Positions 12,080-25,053 are shown, numbered from the whole stretch's first letter. The stretch: DNA of 63,465 nt, filler included, from Globobulimina sp. (GCA_003354225.1; 33 parts of 33 records of this genome joined end to end with filler, not necessarily neighbours in it); one strand, 5' to 3'. Notes: generated by a model not told the origin, from the sequence alone. Made by a program: numbers and translations.

Positions 12080-13391
12080 ATGTCAGCAAACAAATGCAAA
12101 TACGCATTTGGTTTAAATAGTGTGTTGCCGGAGTTCACTGATACCTCAATGGGCGCGAATCAGATTGTTAAAACAATTAATGCAGAAATAAAAAAAAGTA
12201 GATCAACACCATTAAAATCTGTGTTGGATGAACTATATGCCAATGATTTTAATATTCCCTTAGATATTATTGATCTAATAAATGTCTATGAATATGGTGG
12301 TATCTCATATCATTATTCAAAAACGTTTGAGAAACAAATTGAAAATACCATCTACATTACACCAATAATATTTGGTTACATTGAGACCATTTTATTTTTC
12401 TCTTTATTCATTTTCCCCTTCATTATAAAACACACATTAACTCCACTTTTAATATCATATGGTTTAATATTATTCATTCACGGAATCTGTGCAATAATAT
12501 CATATCATAAATGTTGTAAATATGAAATATTTATTCGTCAATTTAAACAAACCTTGCATTCAAATGACAAATTCTATGAAAAACACAAAGATAAATACGA
12601 TAGGAACAACATTAAGAATATGAATAAAATAACAATCGCTTTATCCAATCCATCAAATAATACCTTTGCTTATATTGCATACCAATATTGGTTAAACGTT
12701 AAAAAATTAGAATTGGTAAATGATAAATTTACGCGTTCGCGTGCTGCATTTTGTTTGTCTTTGAGCAAATATTGGTTGCCATCAAGTTTAGTCTTTTCAT
12801 TTATTGTATTTGTATATGGATCAGACGTCATATCCTCAATCTGGCTCATTGTCCTGATTCATTTGTTTAACGCTTTGGGGTATTGTTATTTTCGCGTCGC
12901 AGAAGGAAGTAACCAACGAACAATATTGACCTGGACAATAATATATGTCCTGTTACAAGATATATTTACTGCAGTTATAATTATTGGAGTATCAGGAGCC
13001 GAGGAAGAGGATAATGCAGAATATTGGTTGACTGATGTAGCATGCCCCATTTTCTATGGTTTAGCTTCAGTTTTATGCTCCATATATTTGTGTATTATAT
13101 TAAGAAAAATAATTCGTTTTCATAAACATAAACGGAAAGTATATGAGACCCAAATCCTGTGGCTTGCCAATTGTATGACATTCCTATTTGTTGCAGTATT
13201 GTTTGGTGCTCCATCATGGAATATAAAACCTGTGGCGGCGGTATTTTCTCTGGGAATGGTGATATCATATTATATGATGTTGCAACGATTGATTGAAAGA
13301 ATAATGACTGGGCTGAAAACAAAAGACTGTGTTAGGAGTTACATGGCTAGTTATCCTCAAAAATGGTTAAAACGAGAGTTGAAGTTTTTAT
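12080..13391 (+). CDS. Hypothetical multi-pass membrane protein (3' partial)
   Basis: Long ORF of more than 430 aa with about 8 hydrophobic segments. Confidence 0.65.
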
Positions 13392-13491
13392 NNNNNNNNN
13401 NNNNNNNNNNNNNNNNNNNNNNNNNNNNNNNNNNNTTAATTAATTAANNNNNNNNNNNNNNNNNNNNNNNNNNNNNNNNNNNNNNNNNNNN

Positions 13492-15318
13492 GAATTATAT
13501 GTGCAAAATATATATTATTACAACAAGAAAATGCTGGGATCCTTCATCGATTTGTTAAATCTTCATTGTGTGTTCCAATCAGTATTAATGTTCGCTGTTG
13601 TATTATTATTCTGTTTTCACAACTTATTTTTTAGCGATTTCCAATCAAAAAATAATTTAAATATAATATTACTGCACTTATTGTCGTTGACATTATCATT
13701 TATATCGTCATGCATTTTTACTGTCAACTTTGAGAAATTTCGATATATCCCATTGTATCACGTCTGTTCATGGCAATTTAGTAAACATAATATCATAGCA
13801 TTATATACCTTGTTTACCGGTGATGTCATTCTGCGATTTGTTCCATTTCTAATTTTTACATCGTTTTATTACATTTTATATCAAACACAAAGCATTTTTG
13901 TGTTTGATTGGCTGTTTATTTTGTGTGCGATCTGCATTTGTATACAGTTTGTATTATGTTTCTTATATCATACAATGTGTTGGTATAAGTTTGGTTTTTT
14001 GCGCCTAAATGTATGGACATATCAACATTTGGCAGCTTGCGAGTATCAAATTATTAATCCCTTGCTATCAATATGCGACATATCAGCCATATTTTCGTGT
14101 ATTATGCATGAGATTTTATTTATTTATGCCTCTGTTTTATTGTCCAATATCTCGATAATGGCACATATATATTTTAAACCAGTGATGATTAATAAGCAGA
14201 ATGACGCTGCTTTTTTGAGTAAATGCGTGCGCTGTGAATGTTTTATACGATATTGTTTGGGCGTTATTATATTGTTTATGCTGTTAATCGAAGCTAAAAA
14301 ATATGATAACTTACCACCGGGCTTACAAATATTATGCTCATTGGATGTCATATTATTGATATTATCACTTCTTTCCTTATTATTTAATACCATGTTAGTG
14401 TACAATTTAAGTGATTCGCCTGCTTTTCATGTCGAATTATTTCACATTAATTATATGCAAAAAAATAGATTTAATCGACATTTATATCACTCAAATGATA
14501 AAAACATGAATGACGAGCATAAATATATTATTTTGGCACAAAATAATAAAAATATTAATACAGAGATATCGATGGATGATAAAAATGCATCAAAAATGGA
14601 TATTTGCCTCCGATATTTAATAAAAATGGCATTTTCCAATCACCAAATAAAATGTCACAAATCTGATATTCAGCCATGGGCCGGTTTTGCAATGTTAATT
14701 ACTGCATTTTCACACTATTTGTTATAAAATTATCCTTGCACTGCATACATAGGCGAGAGAAATGGAAATTGCATCCAATGGGTTTTTGGCAAAGACTGAG
14801 CAAAAATGAATGGAATCATAAACAAATAGAATTGGATATCGATGAAGAGGAAGATGAGTATCTGCATTTTGATGAAGATGAAGCACATAAATATGCAGCA
14901 AATAACGATCCATTTTATACACAGTTTGAAATTATGCAAAGCCGTAAACAGGAAATACGTAAACGTAAAACAATGCGATTTCTAGCAAATATTAGTTATG
15001 TTTCATATGAATATCAATGGAGACAATGGTACGTTGCATATTTGGAGAATAGTTATAATGGAACAAAAAAGGAGAAAAAAAGTGATAATTCAGTGGTGAG
15101 AGTAAATACAGACAGAACAGAATCATTTACTTTGAATTCAAAGTCAACGGAAACTGAAATTGAGACAGTCACTGAAGAAGAACATAAATATCATTGGGAC
15201 AAATATTTGAAATTCAAAAAAAATAATCATTCATATCAATCAATACCGAGCATATCAAAATGTTCACTGTCAATCTCCGCAAAGATAACAAATCCCAAAA
15301 CGGCTCGGAAACAAAAAC
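13492..15318 (+). CDS. Hypothetical multi-pass membrane protein, likely one gene split by a frameshift near 14705
   Basis: Overlapping ORFs 13501-14727 and 14676-15318. Joining them gives a continuous TM helix WAGFAMLITA/IFTLFVIKLSL. Confidence 0.5.
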
Positions 15319-15948
15319 NNNNNNNNNNNNNNNNNNNNNNNNNNNNNNNNNNNNNNNNNNNNTTAATTAATTAANNNNNNNNNNNNNNNNNNNNNNNNNN
15401 NNNNNNNNNNNNNNNNNNAATACACCAAATACAAATGCGATCAATAATGAGAGTGCCGATATAGTTTATGACAATAAGGAAGGTGATGGCAACATAAATA
15501 CAAATAAGAATAATAATGGAAATGCAACAAATAATAATAATGATGATATGAATTCAGATGAAGCAATGAAATTTTTTCAACAATTAATGGGAATGAAAAA
15601 AAATGGAAATACAGCTTCTGATGATCAGAAAGATAATGATTTTATGCCGAATTTAAATGATTTACCGAAACTGAATGAAGCTGAAATGCAACAATTTAAA
15701 CAGTTGATGAACCAGGACGGCTGTTTGCTTATGTAAAGAATCCTTTTGTTGTTTTTAATCCTTTAATGACTATGACAGAGAAAGTTGTTCTTTTTTCTAA
15801 TTTTACATAAAAACAAGTGTTCTAATTTTTACATAAACTCTATCCCAAATTGAATATCTAGCTCAAATATTTGCAGACTCTGTTCTACCATATATAATAA
15901 ACATACGGTAAAGTTGATTTCTTAAAGTTTTGAAGCAGAAAAATAATA

Positions 15949-17245
15949 ATGGCAAAGCGGTTGCTGCCTCTTCAGCCTCCACATACCACACCTTATTATG
16001 CATTTTTCTATCTCACGATATTTTTTTTGTGTATCTCAAAATTATACTGGCTCTATTTTGCTGTTCCATACATTACAATCAATGGAATTTGTGATATTCT
16101 GATAAGAATTAATATGATAAAATCAATGGCTGAAGACAAGCAAAAAATATACGGACAAAAACGTGATTATTGGACATTTATGTTGGTTTCCTCATTGCTG
16201 TATGTATCAATATGGCAGTCACTATCCACTGCAATATCATATAATAATATTGATTACACGATAATATTTTATTTCATTTACTCGCATTTTTGTGTTATTT
16301 TGAATTTTATGCATTTCCATTCAAATTTATTTGCAAAATTCAAATTTTATCGTTTATTCATTGGATGGATTGCTGAGTTACATTATTCAACTTCGTTATG
16401 CTCATTATATATATTTCCAGTTTATCCACTTATATCTTTTTTTGTTTATAACGATATTATTGACCAAATTCGAAATAAATATTCTGTCGTAATGGTGTAT
16501 GTAATAATATATTGTTACATTTTATATACATTATTATTATCAACAAATCAAAAAAGTCCAAATAACTGGACATATTTTAAGATTTGTATGCATCCATCAT
16601 CACAGAGTTCAACCCATTCGAGCAAAGTCTTGAAACCTTTAAAATTCAATGAATACTGCATTGGAAACAATATTAGAAACAATAACAACAAACATATTTT
16701 ACGTATTTGTCAAATTAGTGATTGTCATTTAGATTCATTGTGGACTGCCAATCAATTAAACAAATTATGTCAAAATATTGTACATTTTGACCCTGATTTA
16801 GTTATCTTAAGTGGCGATTTTTATTATACAAAGAATGATGATATACCGAAAGGGCTATTGATATATGCATTGACTCCATTAATCAAAATTGCTCATAAAT
16901 GCTTTGCATGTTTGGGTAATCATGATATTAAATCAAAAAAAACAAAAATGGATATTCTACATTGTGTTGCGTCGGAGTTTAAAAAGTTAGGTATCAAATT
17001 GTTAAGAAATGAAAGTGTTTTATATAATGAATATATTGAAATATTTGGATTTGACTTTATTAAATGTAATAGAAATAATAAAAGAGCAAATATGATGAAA
17101 AATGTATTAAAAAATGAATCAAAATTGAAATATAAATCAGATAAATGTTTAAAGGTTGTACTGTTGCATAATGCTGAACATTTTAATGACTTTGACGGTA
17201 ATGAAAATATTATAGTTTTCAGCGGACATATTCATGGCGGACAGG
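15949..17245 (+). CDS. Transmembrane metallophosphoesterase (TMPPE/YkuE-like), 3' partial
   Basis: N-terminal TM helices followed by calcineurin-like motifs ISDCH, SGDF, GNHD, LLH and SGHIHGGQ. Confidence 0.9.
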
Positions 17246-17558
17246 NNNNNNNNNNNNNNNNNNNNNNNNNNNNNNNNNNNNNNNNNNNNTTAATTAATTA
17301 ANNNNNNNNNNNNNNNNNNNNNNNNNNNNNNNNNNNNNNNNNNNNCGTGGCTCAGTTAATATTAATAACAATCCATTGAATGTATATGCGATCATAAAAT
17401 ATTGTAATACACCCATAAAACGAACATGTTCTAAATAATAAGCGTTGTTACAACTTACATATAAAAATAAAATTAAAATATCAATTCAAGCATAAAAAAA
17501 TCTCCTTGTCATTATAAAAGCTGTGCTGTGCTTAATTGTTATGCTAAAATGGGACATT

Positions 17559-18509
17559 TTAATTTGGAGCATACCTTATATACGCCACTAAAAACAGTTT
17601 TGCCCCACGAGTTATAACCAGCCTTGCCACATAATGCCTGTCATAGGTTTTGAGATACCGTGGGAATGTGATTGACATTGCAGCTCCCATTATAAATATA
17701 AACCAAGGAAACACCAAATCAGCCACAGTTAATCCATTCCAAGTGCTATGAGCAAAAAAGCTATAACCACCGCCTCCATAATTGACAAATATCATTATAA
17801 TTAACGATAAACCGCGAAATGCATCCAATGATACAAACCGCTTCTTTTTATTTTGAATTGGTTTATCTTTAATTTCTATAATTGGATATTGAATATCTGC
17901 GAATTGATTTAAATCAATGACATTATGCTGTTTGCCGTGAAGGCATAAAATTATGTTATAACAGATCACCAGAAATAATACACAACCAAAAGCAATGTGT
18001 AATGGAATATATTTATTCGAATGTGATGTTGTGTTTGTTAATATTGCATCTGATGAATTTATAGAGATATTATAATGTGTATACTCGTTATAATGATATG
18101 AAAATGGCTGGATTTTATATTGGGCTGCATTTGGTTGCCATGCACATGTTTTGTTTGTATTTATGCAGCCATTGAAAGGTTTCACTGCTGACAAACCGAT
18201 TGAATATGAATGTTGCGTATCGATTATAATACATATATTTGCTGCCGTTGTTAAATGTAATGGAGTTAGCGATAATGGTAAATATAAACATTCATAACAA
18301 TTATCTGAAGCACCGTAAATATACAATGGTTCAGTTACATTGGTAATATTAAATATAATTTGTGCTGTTTCCATTTCTAAGTGTTGAGAAGTCATGCTGC
18401 AATATGATGACATTGGTGCAGTCCATGGAATCGATGTTGTGGTGAGATGATCAGCAGACTTGACGTTTAAATACAGTATAAACAACTCGATAAAGAGCAA
18501 GAGGAGCAT
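17559..18509 (-). CDS. HGSNAT: Heparan-alpha-glucosaminide N-acetyltransferase, N-terminal part
   Basis: Signal peptide, luminal CYEC domain and a TM helix, then RFVSLDAFRGLSLIIMIFVNYGGGGYSFFAHSTWNGLTVADLVFPWFIFIMG. Confidence 0.93.
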   Translation of the reverse strand: MLLLLFIELFILYLNVKSADHLTTTSIPWTAPMSSYCSMTSQHLEMETAQIIFNITNVTEPLYIYGASDNCYECLYLPLSLTPLHLTTAANICIIIDTQHSYSIGLSAVKPFNGCINTNKTCAWQPNAAQYKIQPFSYHYNEYTHYNISINSSDAILTNTTSHSNKYIPLHIAFGCVLFLVICYNIILCLHGKQHNVIDLNQFADIQYPIIEIKDKPIQNKKKRFVSLDAFRGLSLIIMIFVNYGGGGYSFFAHSTWNGLTVADLVFPWFIFIMGAAMSITFPRYLKTYDRHYVARLVITRGAKLFLVAYIRYAPN

Positions 18510-18670
18510 CCGTTACACAAGAGATAATAAACGATAATCACAAAAAAAGTTTTACAATCAAGTACGTTTCGAAGTTGATGGCAGATTAAACATTTTTGAT
18601 GATTGTATAAAGCACATATTCGGAATTCCGTATTTTTTTGAATAAAATTGCACGTGTCGAGTCTTTTTGA

Positions 18671-19172
18671 ATGACAACTTGTTGTAAAGCAATTATGTTA
18701 TTACTATTTATTATAGCTGCAATTGAATTATGTACAGTAACAAACGGTGTTATTCATTTCAGAAACATTAGAAATGGTGATACACATTTAAGTGTTTGTA
18801 TTCGAGAACCAAACGAAGATCTATTTAACAAAACAATCACTTGGAATGTAGAAATGGAGCATGAGACAGATGTTTACATGGATGATCCGTCTGATTTTGA
18901 AATAGTATCCAATACTAATGGAGGTATTATAGCTACGGCCAGTTTTCCGTTGTGCAAATTTCCTGGAATAATTAGAAATAAATTTAGTAATAAAAGTGCA
19001 ACTGTCATCAAAATAAAATACAGAAAAAGCAGTGATTCATTTCAAAAAACAAAAGCAGTGATTATCTATAATAACCAAATAGAGAGTGCAGAATCTATGA
19101 TTCGAATAAATAATGAAAGATTACCACAAAATGGCGATACTATGCTATGTTATCAAGTGACGGATATAGGTT
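18671..19172 (+). CDS. Hypothetical secreted protein (3' partial)
   Basis: Signal-peptide-like N-terminus; frame open to the contig end. Confidence 0.5.
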
Positions 19173-19272
19173 NNNNNNNNNNNNNNNNNNNNNNNNNNNN
19201 NNNNNNNNNNNNNNNNTTAATTAATTAANNNNNNNNNNNNNNNNNNNNNNNNNNNNNNNNNNNNNNNNNNNN

Positions 19273-19958
19273 GCAGTACGTCTTGTGTACGATTTACCAC
19301 ATTTATTATAATTACAATGATAAGGTCTCTCATCTGCGTGTCTCCACAGATTATGACTTTGGAACTCTTTATGTGTTGGAAATGTTGCACCGCAATGAAA
19401 ACAAACATGTTTTGCACTCGTCTGACGATTATTGTTTGCATCTTGTTTGGTTACATTATTCTGGTTATTTTGATCTTCATTCTCCAAAATATGCGCAGCT
19501 TCTAATAATAAATCAATTTTTTGTTTGAAGGCGTCAGTTGGAACATTGTTGGAATTCTCATTGTTTTCTGCTTTAATAACAGTGTTGTTTTGTGTTTTTG
19601 GCGAGTTATCAATTCTGAATATTTTATGTTTCTGATGAGCGGCTTGATTGAAACTTAGGCACAATGTCAGTTGTTCTGCTTTCATGCCTTGTAATAACTG
19701 CGTGACTCTTTCAGCAAACGCGATTTCGACGGATTTAATTGCAGCTAAATGCGTTTCTTGTATTAACAGTTGTTGTTGCTTCAAATAATTGTTATCGTCT
19801 TTGTCATCATTTATTTGATACAAATCATTACTTTTCTTTTGGAAATCTGTTTGTTTATCAATTTGATTCAACGAATGTGCATCAAATGTTTGCCCAATTA
19901 ATCTCTTATATTTCTCGGTGACTGTTTGCAAGGACATGAGCATAAAAGATGGCCACAT
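19273..19958 (-). CDS. C2H2 zinc finger protein (3' partial)
   Basis: CFHCGATFPTHKEFQSHNLWRH, linker ADERPY, then CNYNKCGKSY. Confidence 0.85.
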
Positions 19959-20121
19959 GGTGCTGCACGTTGGGGAGCTATGAATAGTTATAATTACGAA
20001 TTAACGAACGCACCGTTCATAATTGGATTGCAGCTGTGCCGAATGTTAATTCCCACTTAAATCCGATTAGCTAACTACAAAATCTGAAGGCCGGGGGGTT
20101 AGGATAAGAATTATTATTATT

Positions 20122-21099
20122 ATGGCTACTACAGGTTGGCGTCAGATGTGCTCAATACCGGATGAAATAGATGTGATTAATCATTTGGTTGCATACAAGA
20201 ACGGATTCGTGATAGCTCCATCCAGACTCTCTTCGAAAGGCAGACTGCAGGCCATCTACCAATACAATGCAGCTGCAAACGAATTTAATTCATTCATAGA
20301 GTTCTCTGCGGATCATTTCTTTATTGGTAATTGTTTATGTTACAATATGAAACATAATAAATTCTACATATTCCACACCGGCACCACATACACCAGCATT
20401 GACCTGCAAACTCAACAAATTGCGACGCACTCTATTCCATTGAGAAAAGGACAACAAATTGGCCGTGGTGGCAGATGTATTTACAGCCAAGACGGCGAGG
20501 CTCATTTCCTGGGGCTAGTAAGCAGCGGTACGGGAAAGTGAGTTGTCAGGCATTTCCAGTACACGCTGAGTTGTATGCGCATGCTTTGGTATATTTGCCA
20601 TCCAAGGCATCACTGATTGCATTTGGTGGACTCGATGGCCTCAATGGCTACAAACCAACCGATGGAATGTATGAATATTGCATTAGAGCGCGGAAATGGG
20701 CCACAATGAAATGTAAATTGCCACGTCCGACGCATTTGGTTTCTGGCCTTATTAGTTTGGGAGAGGCGTATATCATCGCAGTGGGAGGATATGTGGAGCA
20801 TTGCACTGAATATGCCATTCATGCGTTTGATGTGTTGCAATCCAAATGGTATCGGAGTGGCATCACCGCCGTAGAAACAGATGCGAAAGTTTTGCGAGCG
20901 GTGATTATAGGAAATATAATTGGAGACAGCAAGATTGTGCGTGGATATTTGCGCAATTGCAAGGAATGCAAATCTGTGTCTCCTTTGGCGGAGGATGTCA
21001 TTGCGTTAATTGTGGAATGGTCGGCAACGGATTATTTGCACATTGTAGAATGTTCAGGCGGCAAACATTGGCGTATAGCGGTGAGTGAAATTTTAAATG
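20122..21099 (+). CDS. Kelch-repeat protein (two ORFs joined by a putative 32-nt intron at 20518-20549 or a frameshift)
   Basis: LIAFGG...W...KLP and IIAVGG...W kelch blades. Confidence 0.75.
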
Positions 21100-21975
21100 N
21101 NNNNNNNNNNNNNNNNNNNNNNNNNNNNNNNNNNNNNNNNNNNTTAATTAATTAANNNNNNNNNNNNNNNNNNNNNNNNNNNNNNNNNNNNNNNNNNNNA
21201 ATTGTAATTATCGAATGTTTTTGTTGTTTTGTGTTGTTTTGTTGTGTTTGTGATATTAATCTATCAAACATATTGTATTTTTAATATAGTGAATTAAACC
21301 ATAATATATATATGTCCACGCACTGGTTAATATAAAATTAGATCTTATCGATGCTATCGACAGCTTCTGTTGAAATATGTTTGCGATCAAGTTTTAAATT
21401 TTCGAGTGCTGTTTTTCCGCTAAAAAATAACCCAGCTACACTTTCTACAGTCATCCAAACTAATTAGTGGTCCGAACTAATTAGTGCCTGATAATCCACC
21501 AACATGTACAAAAAAAAGAATAAAGAACCACTATGTAAATTTCCCCGCATACCAACAACAACGGAACCAACAAGCTTAATACTACCAAAGCAAGAAGTGA
21601 CAGATATAATAAATACATTACCAAGTTATGGCATAATATCGTATGAGGCATCCACCAGTTATTGGTACATTAAATTGCCTCCAGAATGGCAACAAGCAAC
21701 TACTAAAACCCTAAACAGATTGTATGATACATACCATTCGCATGCGTGGTATAAAGAATCTGTTAAATTAGCGCAATGTTGGTCTAATTTAGTGAATACT
21801 GCCAACAATATATCATCAACAGCAGATACATACACATCAACATGCAAAGTGAACCTAGTCGCTCCGTCGTCTGTCGTTGGTTAATGTTTATTATGTTTTC
21901 TATTTTTTGTTATGTTTTCTCTGAATCCAATTTATCAATGTTGTGGTTCATTGTGTATTGTATACTAACTAAGGT

Positions 21976-22434
21976 TTGCATATTTCATTGGGTGTATGGC
22001 CGATATCTGACTCTAATTTGCCTCAATCATTGGTGGAATCGAAGAAAGTGCAGTTTACAATCGGTGATATAATATCCTTCAGATCGATGCGGGAAACACC
22101 ACAGAATATCTGCGGACAATACACGGATGAATATAATTTTCGATATTATCCAACACGATGGCTATTTGTTGAAATAGCATTCGTCGATTTCGAATTTCCA
22201 ACAAGATATCCGCCACATATATCTATTGCGTGTATCGCTGTACAATTAAAAGTTGATAAAGTGGATAAATTTGAAATAGAATATAAAAGATATAAAGATA
22301 AACAAATAGAAGTAACTAATAAAGCAACTTCAACACAAACTGCGCAAACATGTACATATAAAATATCTGTATTTATGTGTTTGTGCATATTTATGTTATT
22401 ATTGGCCTCTATCTATGTATTGAATACTGTTTGA
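21976..22434 (+). CDS. Possible cyclin C-terminal-like fragment
   Basis: RWLFVEIAFVDFEFPTRYPPHISIACIA resembles the cyclin C-terminal E.SL.D..F..YPPS.IA.A pattern; no clear start. Confidence 0.3.
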   Translation: MHISLGVWPISDSNLPQSLVESKKVQFTIGDIISFRSMRETPQNICGQYTDEYNFRYYPTRWLFVEIAFVDFEFPTRYPPHISIACIAVQLKVDKVDKFEIEYKRYKDKQIEVTNKATSTQTAQTCTYKISVFMCLCIFMLLLASIYVLNTV

Positions 22435-23485
22435 CTGTATTTCTTTTTTTTCAACGTTTGGTTTAAACTTTTTAGTTGGTTTAAACCAATTATTTTTTTT
22501 GCAATTGTGACACTTTTCCGTTTATCGCTTTTTGTGTGCAAATAATTCCAAATAACTTTTTGTTTTTCAAAATAACTTTTTTTTTTACATTCGATCACTC
22601 AGTCAGAGGGCAACGAATCAACCGAATTAACGAATAACGAATCAACCGAATCAAAAAACATTTTACTAAACTTGGAATCGGACCTGCGTCCTGATTGAAT
22701 TTTGTACTGTGTATGGAAGATAACTATTACACTTCAAGAATTTTGTACCGTGAATGGAAGCAAAACTTAATATCACGGTTTTCTTGACGTGAATCAATGT
22801 ACGAGATACAATATTGGATCATTTATCATTTTAAACTAAAGCAAAGCTGTGAATCAAGAATGTTTTGCGTAAGAACCGTTTGTAGAGTCTCTAAAAAATC
22901 CCAATTTTTTAAATTTAATTTCTTGCGCTTGTGTTTTATCTCTGATATGCCATTTCCTTTCGGCTAAATCCGGCAATAACTCATATTTATACCATTTCGG
23001 ACATTTATCGGGTGTAAAATACCAATNNNNNNNNNNNNNNNNNNNNNNNNNNNNNNNNNNNNNNNNNNNNTTAATTAATTAANNNNNNNNNNNNNNNNNN
23101 NNNNNNNNNNNNNNNNNNNNNNNNNNTGGAAATCGTCTATAATTGATGTATACTGCGTTGCATGTGATAATATCTGCTTTTCTGTGGCGGTACCACACAA
23201 TTTCACCGTTTTTATAATACGCTTTAACTTTCCACAATGTTGGATATTTCCGTTACAGTCCGTTTCCACCAATGACATGGCCGATTTCCAAAGCTTGCTT
23301 TAAAACTTTGCATTCAAAACCCATGACAGCGCCATCTGAAAATATAATGATGGCAACTCACGTTGATAAACTCACTATGATGTTTCCAACAATTGAAAGG
23401 AACACAATTCAAGTTTAGCCGCAGTCGATACTGTATATTAAATGCATGTACATATATATGATTATATACTACATAGAATATACTG

Positions 23486-24862
23486 ATGAATGAATGTCAT
23501 GGCGATACTACAAAATCAATTGTAATTTTAACGCGAATTCAACAATTTAATACCAGTATGAATAATGCAAATAATAAGAATCTCCAAACAAATAGTTCAG
23601 GAGAAGCAAATATTTCCGTCATTAATCCAATAAAATCGCAACAAATACCGTTATCTATAAATAATAATCAGCCACAAGCAGCAGCACAAGGATGTTGCGG
23701 AGATGGTTGCCAATGTTGTTTAGTTAAACCAGCTTCGTATTCAAATGGTTTATACAATATCGATTATAAAATGTATAATATCTCATATTTATTATTTTCT
23801 TTATTCACAATCTATCCAGAAACCACATTATACGCTTTATCCCAATCGCATCAAGGCCTATATTTACCGACCATTGCCTTAGTTTTATTATTTATTGCTT
23901 CGTTATTTATGTTTTTTAAGCGTGATAATAAAATAAGTGATACTATCAATTGTATTCGTGGCGCATTGTTTGTATTTGGTGGATTATTATATTTTTTAGG
24001 TTACATTATACATTCTGTCAATATTACTGATATCTGTGATGACGACGACAGTTATTGGGATGACTGGTATTATGATTATTGGGATTGCGGATATTGGGCA
24101 GAAGATGATGTAACCCCAGAACCAGAATATCTGATCGGTCGCGGCATTTTTGTTGGTTTCCATGCCATTGTGATCGGACAATTATATGTTTCAAATAATA
24201 CATTTTCGCTATGTTTTCATTCGCGAAATAAATTGATCCGTTTTTGGTCTTTGTTATTTTTTATATTTTCATTGTTGGTGTTATGTTGGATAATGTATCC
24301 ATGGCATTATTTGATGTATATGGCATTTGCGCCAATTATTATATTGGTTGGGTTGGTATTAAATTGTTGTTTGATAAAGAAAAGCAACGAAGCAGGCGGC
24401 TGTACCAGCGGTGTATCGCTAGGATTAATTATTGTGATTGCATATTATTTCAGTTTATTATGGTTGACTATATTTATAATCAGTAAATCATGGATCCATG
24501 AAAAGGAGCAAAGTTGGTATTTATTTTGGGATTTATCCATTTTATTGTTTGGTGCTATACATTTATGGATATTATCACGTGCCATGTCGCCTGTTAATGC
24601 GAATTGTGGCTGTACTATGGATGGGAATGGGGATGGAAACGTGAATAGCACTCAGTCGCAGTCACAAGCACAAGTACAGGCACAAGAGCCGCAGCAGGTT
24701 GTGATGGTGATACAGCAGCCACCAGTTCAACAACAACAGGTTGGCATGATACCAATTGTCAGCACTGCTTCATTATCTGCAGCTGCTCATAAAGGATATC
24801 GATATCAAAAAGCCAAAAATAATCAAAGTTCAGATGATGAAGGAGGTGATGATGATGTTTAA
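23486..24862 (+). CDS. Hypothetical multi-pass membrane protein with a D/W/Y-rich loop and Q-rich tail
   Basis: Complete 458-aa ORF with about 8 hydrophobic segments. Confidence 0.75.
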   Translation: MNECHGDTTKSIVILTRIQQFNTSMNNANNKNLQTNSSGEANISVINPIKSQQIPLSINNNQPQAAAQGCCGDGCQCCLVKPASYSNGLYNIDYKMYNISYLLFSLFTIYPETTLYALSQSHQGLYLPTIALVLLFIASLFMFFKRDNKISDTINCIRGALFVFGGLLYFLGYIIHSVNITDICDDDDSYWDDWYYDYWDCGYWAEDDVTPEPEYLIGRGIFVGFHAIVIGQLYVSNNTFSLCFHSRNKLIRFWSLLFFIFSLLVLCWIMYPWHYLMYMAFAPIIILVGLVLNCCLIKKSNEAGGCTSGVSLGLIIVIAYYFSLLWLTIFIISKSWIHEKEQSWYLFWDLSILLFGAIHLWILSRAMSPVNANCGCTMDGNGDGNVNSTQSQSQAQVQAQEPQQVVMVIQQPPVQQQQVGMIPIVSTASLSAAAHKGYRYQKAKNNQSSDDEGGDDDV

Positions 24863-25053
24863 ATTATGTTCTTTGTGTCAGACCTAATCCTAAACCACCA
24901 TAACCATAATCATTACCAGCAACATATATTTTACCATTTGTGCTTAAAAATGTNNNNNNNNNNNNNNNNNNNNNNNNNNNNNNNNNNNNNNNNNNNNTTA
25001 ATTAATTAANNNNNNNNNNNNNNNNNNNNNNNNNNNNNNNNNNNNNNNNNNNN

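Noticed and set aside
7711-18509. Lysosomal gene cluster
   Set aside because: The genes are on separate contigs ordered only by length.
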